The translations under genes were made by a program, and so were the position numbers. 51,728 bases of DNA, from NCBI GenBank assembly GCA_050015075.1, contig JBEKCB010000036.1, positions 1-51,728 of the forward strand. Reading direction: 5' to 3'. The notes under the pieces are model-generated. The model did no database searches. It was not told where the DNA came from and worked only from the letters and a program-made list of their open reading frames with translations. Positions 47,102 to 51,728 of this stretch are shown one piece after another; the first letter of the stretch is position 1, and each line of letters begins with the position of its first letter. This stretch comes from Candidatus Brocadiia bacterium. Lineage in GTDB: Bacteria; Planctomycetota; Brocadiia; CAIUPP01.

Positions 47102-47814
47102 TACCGGGAAACCTTCTTTCTTTTTCGGGCGGGCTTGGCGGCAGCCGCGGCGCGGCGGCCGGTCCGACAGTCGGTCCGGAACCCGCAGGCGCCGCAGGCG
47201 GGCTCCTCGGCCAGGCAGGTGTTCTTCGCATGTTCGCTGAGCAGCCAATGGAATTCGAACATACCCTGCTTCGGGACCATGCCCTGGATCAAATGCGTCA
47301 GCGCCGCCGGCTCGTGGCCGTCCGGCAGCAGCGCCAGCCGCCGGCAGACTTTCACCACGCGCGGCGTCGGGGGAAAAGCGTCGTGTCCCAGCACCAGCAG
47401 TGTCGCGCGCGCGAGGGCGGCTTCCGGGAAACCCGGCATGCCCTCGATCAACCGGGCCGCCTCGGCGGGGCTCTTATCCTTGAGGAAGTCGAGCGTCATC
47501 TCGTTCGAAAGGTCGTAGATCCGCTGCAGCACAAAGCGGACCAGCGCCGCCTTGTCCACGGCGTCGGCCAGTTCGGACATGGCCGAGGCGATCTCGCACG
47601 CCGCGCTGACGCGCACCTCGTTCCAGTCCACGAAGTAGCGCGAGATCGCCGAAAGCGCGGAGGCGCCCTTGCGCTCGGAGGCGCCTTCGGCCAGGATGCC
47701 GACGAGCATCTCCTCCATCGCCGGGCGGGTGACATGCGCGCTGGGACGGCCGTAGTCCTTCCGCAGGACCGTCACGACCTTGTGCGCCAGACGTCGGCTG
47801 TGTTCAGTCCTCAT
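47101..47814 (-). CDS. Degenerate HhH-GPD/endonuclease III-like protein with FeS motif
   Basis: FVDWNEVRVS and C-x6-C-x2-C-x5-C; HhH Lys and VD Asp missing. Confidence 0.8.
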   Translation of the reverse strand: MRTEHSRRLAHKVVTVLRKDYGRPSAHVTRPAMEEMLVGILAEGASERKGASALSAISRYFVDWNEVRVSAACEIASAMSELADAVDKAALVRFVLQRIYDLSNEMTLDFLKDKSPAEAARLIEGMPGFPEAALARATLLVLGHDAFPPTPRVVKVCRRLALLPDGHEPAALTHLIQGMVPKQGMFEFHWLLSEHAKNTCLAEEPACGACGFRTDCRTGRRAAAAAKPARKRKKVSR

Positions 47815-48259
47815 CGCTTTCAGGCTCCTCCGAATCGTCCAGCGCGGCCGCTTCATCCTGTCCCGCAGCATGCAGCGGAGCGCCGGGCTCCGGGTCCTGG
47901 CCCGCCGCGAGCTTCGCGCGCTCGCGTTCGAGGTCCGTCAGGATGCTGCTGATGCGGATGCTCTGCTTGACGCCATGGTCGGCGAAGAACGCGAGTTCGG
48001 GCATGCGCCGCAGGTTCAGCACGTCGCCCAGTTCGCCGCGGATGCGCCGCTTGGCGCTGTTGAGCCCTTGCAGCGTGGTGCGTTCCTTCACCGGCGAGTC
48101 CAGCACCGAGACGTGGACCTTCGCCAGCGTCAGGTCGGGCGAGACCTCCACGTTCGTGATCGTCACGAACCCGATGCGCGGATCACCCAGGCCGCCGGAC
48201 AGAATCCGGCCCAGCTCGCGTCGAATCAGTTCAGCCAGTCGCTCGGGTCTTCTTCGCAT
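47804..48259 (-). CDS. rbfA: Ribosome-binding factor A
   Basis: DPRIGFVTIT.VEVSPDL and RRMPELAFFAD motifs. Confidence 0.95.
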   Translation of the reverse strand: MRRRPERLAELIRRELGRILSGGLGDPRIGFVTITNVEVSPDLTLAKVHVSVLDSPVKERTTLQGLNSAKRRIRGELGDVLNLRRMPELAFFADHGVKQSIRISSILTDLERERAKLAAGQDPEPGAPLHAAGQDEAAALDDSEEPESDED

Positions 48260-48264
48260 AGGCG

Positions 48265-48546
48265 CTAAACGAACTCCTTCTCAACGCTGACGAGCGTCAC
48301 GTCGCGCTGGCGGCGGACCATCTGGATCGCCTGGTCCAGCAAGCCCTCGACGTACGCGCGGTCCGTCCCGACGGCGCTCAGTCCCAGCACGGCGGTCTGC
48401 CACACGTCCTGCTCGCCCACCTCGGCGATCGAGACGTTGAACTGCGCGCGCAGCCGGTCCTTGACGCCCCGCAGGCACCGGCGCTTGTCCTTCAGAGAGT
48501 GCGAGCCGGGGATGACGAACCGCAAGGAAACGATGCCGACCACCAT
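48265..48546 (-). CDS. DUF503 (YlxP) family protein
   Basis: HSLKDKR and FNVSIAEV motifs; lies between infB and rbfA. Confidence 0.92.
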   Translation of the reverse strand: MVVGIVSLRFVIPGSHSLKDKRRCLRGVKDRLRAQFNVSIAEVGEQDVWQTAVLGLSAVGTDRAYVEGLLDQAIQMVRRQRDVTLVSVEKEFV

Positions 48547-48561
48547 GGACTTTCAATACCG

Positions 48562-50898
48562 CTAAGCCGGACTCGCGGGCGCGGCGGGGCCGCCCTGCGA
48601 CGAGCCGAGGGTCCGCGCGATCTTCTCGATCTGGAAAGTCTCGATCACGTCACCGATCTTGACGTCGTCGTAGCCCTCGATGCGGATGCCGCACTCGAAG
48701 CCTTCGCGGGCTTCCCGGATGTCGTCCTTCTCGCGGCGGAGCGAGGCGATGCGGCCGGTGAAGACGATCGTCCCGTCCCGCACCAGGCGGAGGCGATGAG
48801 CGCGCAGCACCGTTCCGTCGCGCACGTAGCACCCGGCGATGTTTCCGACGCGGCTGATCCGGAAGACCTTCCGCACTTCCGCGTGGCCGCCGATGGTCTC
48901 GCGTTCCTCCGGCTTGAGCATGCCGGACAGGGCGCGCTCGATTTCCTCCTTGACGCGGTAGATCACGTTATACGTGTGGATCGCGACGCCCTTCTGCTCG
49001 GCCAGGGCCCGCGCGACGGTGTCGGGGACGACATTCAGCCCCACCACCAGCGCGTCCGAGGCGTCCGCCAGCAGCACGTCGCTCGTCGAAATGGCGCCGA
49101 CCGACGCGCGCAGGATGTGCAGCCGGACCTCGGGCGAGACGATGCTGCCGAGCACTTTCTGCAGGGCGTCAATGGTCCCGCGGACGTCCCCCTTCAGGAT
49201 CAATTGCAGTTCGCGGACGCGACCCGCCTCGATGGAGGTGAACAGGTTTTCGAGGCTGACGTGCTCGCGATGAGTCATGACCGCATCGCGGGCCTTGAGC
49301 CGGCGTTCCTCGGCGATCTCGCGCGCCTTCTGGAGGTCGTCGAGCACGATCAGCCGGTCGCCGGCCTGCGGAAGCTCCGTCAGCCCGATGACCGCCACCG
49401 GCCACGACGGGCCGGCTTCCTTCAGCGGGCGGTCGCGGTCGTCGTACAGCGCCTTGACGCGGCCGAACGCGGCGCCGCAGACGATCACGTCGCCGACCTT
49501 GAGCGCGCCATCCTGCACGAGCACCGTGGCGACCGGGCCCCGGCTGCCGGACATCGCCGCGTCGAGCACCGTCGCGCGGGCCGGCTTCTTCGGGTTCGCC
49601 TTCAGTTCCTTGAGTTCCGCGACGAGCGCGAGCATTTCGACCAGTTCGTCCACGCCTTTGCCGGTGACCGCCGAGACATCCACCATGACCGTGTCGCCGC
49701 CCCACTCTTCCGGCTGCAGGCCCAGCTTGGTCAGTTCCTGGCGGACGCGCGTGGGATTGGCCTCGGGCTTGTCGCACTTGTTGATCGCGACGACGATCGG
49801 CACGTTGGCCGCGCGCGCGTGGTCAATCGCCTCTTCGGTCTGCGGCATCACTCCGTCGTCGGCGGCGACGACGAGCACCGCGATGTCCGTCACGTTCGCG
49901 CCGCGCGCGCGCATGTCGGTGAAGGCCTCGTGGCCGGGCGTATCGAGGAAGACCACCGTCTTTCCGCCCACCGTCACCCGGTTCGCGCCGATATGCTGCG
50001 TGATGCCGCCGTATTCGTGCGCGGCCACGTCGGTCTTCCGGATGCGGTCGAGCAGCGATGTTTTGCCGTGGTCCACGTGTCCGAGGAACGTCACCACCGG
50101 CACGCGCGGCTGCAAGTCCTCGGCCCGGTCCACTCCATGCTCGATGTCGGTCACCGCCGTCTCGGCCGTCACCGCGTCGAGCACGTTGATGTCCAGCCCG
50201 AGTTCCCTGAGCACCAGCCGTATCTGCTCCGCGCTGAGCAGCACATTCACGGTGAACATCGCGCCGTGCGCCATGAGTTTCAGCAGAATCTGGTTTGCCT
50301 TGACGCCGAGCGCGGAGGAGAGATCCTTCACGGACAACGGCGCGCGGAGTTCCTGGATCGCCGCCTTCTCGGCCAGCGGCTTCGCGGAGGCGCGCCGCGG
50401 CGCGCGCGCATGCTGGCGGCGCATGCCTCGGCGCGGGTAACGCGGTATGGACGATGGCGGAATGTAGCGGCCCAGGACTTTGACGGTGTCGGGCAGCAGC
50501 AGGTCATCCTCTTCCGCCGAGCCGCCCCGGCCTTTGCGGCGCTTGCGGGCGGCGGAGCGCATCTCCTCGGAGCCTTCGGAGCCTCTCGACTTGGCCGGAG
50601 GCGCCGGCGGCGCCAGCGGCGGAGTCGCGGCCTTGGCGGCGGCGGGCGCCGGTTGAGGTTGAGGTTTCTGAGGCGCGGGCGGCGTCTTCTGGATGACGGG
50701 CTTCGCGGTCTTGGGCGCTTTGGGCGCAGCCGACGGGGTTTGCTTCGCGCCGGAGGGCAACTTCTGGCGAAGTGTGGCGGCTTCTTCGGCGCTCAGGCCG
50801 GAGAGACGATTCGCGGCCTTCATGCCGAGTTGCCTGCACAGCTTGAGCAACTCCTGGCTGGTTGTGTCTAACTCCTTCGCCAACTCATGCACTCGCAT
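48562..50898 (-). CDS. infB: Translation initiation factor IF-2
   Basis: [29 protein letters not shown] and GFECG motifs. Confidence 0.98.
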   Translation of the reverse strand: MRVHELAKELDTTSQELLKLCRQLGMKAANRLSGLSAEEAATLRQKLPSGAKQTPSAAPKAPKTAKPVIQKTPPAPQKPQPQPAPAAAKAATPPLAPPAPPAKSRGSEGSEEMRSAARKRRKGRGGSAEEDDLLLPDTVKVLGRYIPPSSIPRYPRRGMRRQHARAPRRASAKPLAEKAAIQELRAPLSVKDLSSALGVKANQILLKLMAHGAMFTVNVLLSAEQIRLVLRELGLDINVLDAVTAETAVTDIEHGVDRAEDLQPRVPVVTFLGHVDHGKTSLLDRIRKTDVAAHEYGGITQHIGANRVTVGGKTVVFLDTPGHEAFTDMRARGANVTDIAVLVVAADDGVMPQTEEAIDHARAANVPIVVAINKCDKPEANPTRVRQELTKLGLQPEEWGGDTVMVDVSAVTGKGVDELVEMLALVAELKELKANPKKPARATVLDAAMSGSRGPVATVLVQDGALKVGDVIVCGAAFGRVKALYDDRDRPLKEAGPSWPVAVIGLTELPQAGDRLIVLDDLQKAREIAEERRLKARDAVMTHREHVSLENLFTSIEAGRVRELQLILKGDVRGTIDALQKVLGSIVSPEVRLHILRASVGAISTSDVLLADASDALVVGLNVVPDTVARALAEQKGVAIHTYNVIYRVKEEIERALSGMLKPEERETIGGHAEVRKVFRISRVGNIAGCYVRDGTVLRAHRLRLVRDGTIVFTGRIASLRREKDDIREAREGFECGIRIEGYDDVKIGDVIETFQIEKIARTLGSSQGGPAAPASPA

Positions 50899-50913
50899 CG
50901 CGTGCCATATCTC

Positions 50914-51728
50914 CTAATCGGCGGCCGGCGGTTCGGCCGGCGCGTTCGGCGCTGCGTTCGACGGTTCACTCGGAGCCTCCGGAGCGGGCGCCGGCGGCGA
51001 TTCAACAGCCTCCGGCGGCGCAGCGGTCTCCGCCTTCGGCTCTTCAGCGGCCTCGGCCGCCGCGACGATCTCCGCCTTCGGCTCTTCGGCGGTCTCGGAC
51101 GGCGCAACGGGTTCCATCTTCGGCTCTTCAACGGCCTCCGGCGACGCAGCGGTCTCCGTCTTCGGCTGCTCAGCGGCCTCGGGCGCTTCCGCCTTCGGCG
51201 CCGCAGAAGGCTTGATATCAATGTCCCAGCCGGTCAGCTTCGCCGCGAGACGGACGTTCTGCCCTCGTTTGCCGATGGCCAGCGACAACTGGTCCTCCGG
51301 CACGATCACCAGCGCGTGCCGGCGGTCGGCGTTGAGGTTGATGGATTCGATCTCGGCCGGCTTGAGCGTGTTCGCGATCAGCCCATCCATCTGGTCGCTC
51401 CAGCGAACGATGTCAATCTTCTCGCCGTTGAGTTCGTCCACGATGCTCTTGATCCGCGAGCCCTGAACGCCGACGCATGCGCCGACGCAATCCACGCGGG
51501 GATCCAACGAGTTCACGGCGATCTTCGTGCGGTATCCGGCCTCGCGCGCGATGCCCTTGATCTCGACGAGTCCCTCGCCGACTTCGGGCACTTCGAGCTC
51601 AAAGAGCCGCCGGACGAATTCCGGGTGGCTGCGGCTGAGGACGACGCGCACGCGCGTGCCGACCGCCCGGACTTCGAGCACCAGCGCGCGCAGCCGCTCG
51701 CCGACGTGGTAGGTCTCGCTGAAAATCT
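50914..51728 (-). CDS. nusA: Transcription factor NusA (5' part lies beyond the window)
   Basis: AREAGYRTKIAV, GACVG..GSRI, EKIDIV and SLAIGKRGQNVRLA motifs. Confidence 0.96.
   Translation of the reverse strand, partial: IFSETYHVGERLRALVLEVRAVGTRVRVVLSRSHPEFVRRLFELEVPEVGEGLVEIKGIAREAGYRTKIAVNSLDPRVDCVGACVGVQGSRIKSIVDELNGEKIDIVRWSDQMDGLIANTLKPAEIESINLNADRRHALVIVPEDQLSLAIGKRGQNVRLAAKLTGWDIDIKPSAAPKAEAPEAAEQPKTETAASPEAVEEPKMEPVAPSETAEEPKAEIVAAAEAAEEPKAETAAPPEAVESPPAPAPEAPSEPSNAAPNAPAEPPAAD
51001..51198 (-). repeat. 42-bp in-frame tandem repeat in the nusA C-terminus
   Basis: TTCGGCT(C/G) recurs at 51035, 51077, 51119 and 51161. Confidence 0.85.

Overview
High-GC bacterial chromosomal segment, mostly core genes with a few accessory patches. 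The dnaJ-grpE-FmdB-yacG block, a degenerate EndoIII gene after rbfA and a Cys-rich N-terminus on PMM suggest a Planctomycetota/PVC lineage (inference). Left to right: qNor NO reductase in the same apparent operon as a split ArgZ/AgrE (ornithine cyclodeaminase-type gene plus arginine dihydrolase), with divergent putA; a large TPR protein; LPS-type kinase and GT4; M20 deacylase; rlmI; PPi-PFK; trpS; marC; a low-GC secreted hypothetical protein; PMM; rpsB-tsf-pyrH-frr-htpX-amidase-HEAT lipoprotein; a secreted protein with five copies of an unrecognised ~45-aa repeat; ettA; two methyltransferases behind a leader-peptide/terminator attenuator; dnaJ-grpE-FmdB-yacG; der; Ser/Thr kinase; GH4; GT9; and the minus-strand nusA-infB-DUF503-rbfA-nth-like-hisG-yebC-(Re-citrate/homocitrate synthase)-argA run. 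I saw no tRNA, rRNA, CRISPR, transposase or integrase. All calls come from motif recognition by eye with no database searches, and several starts were moved from the ORF track using RBS or promoter evidence.
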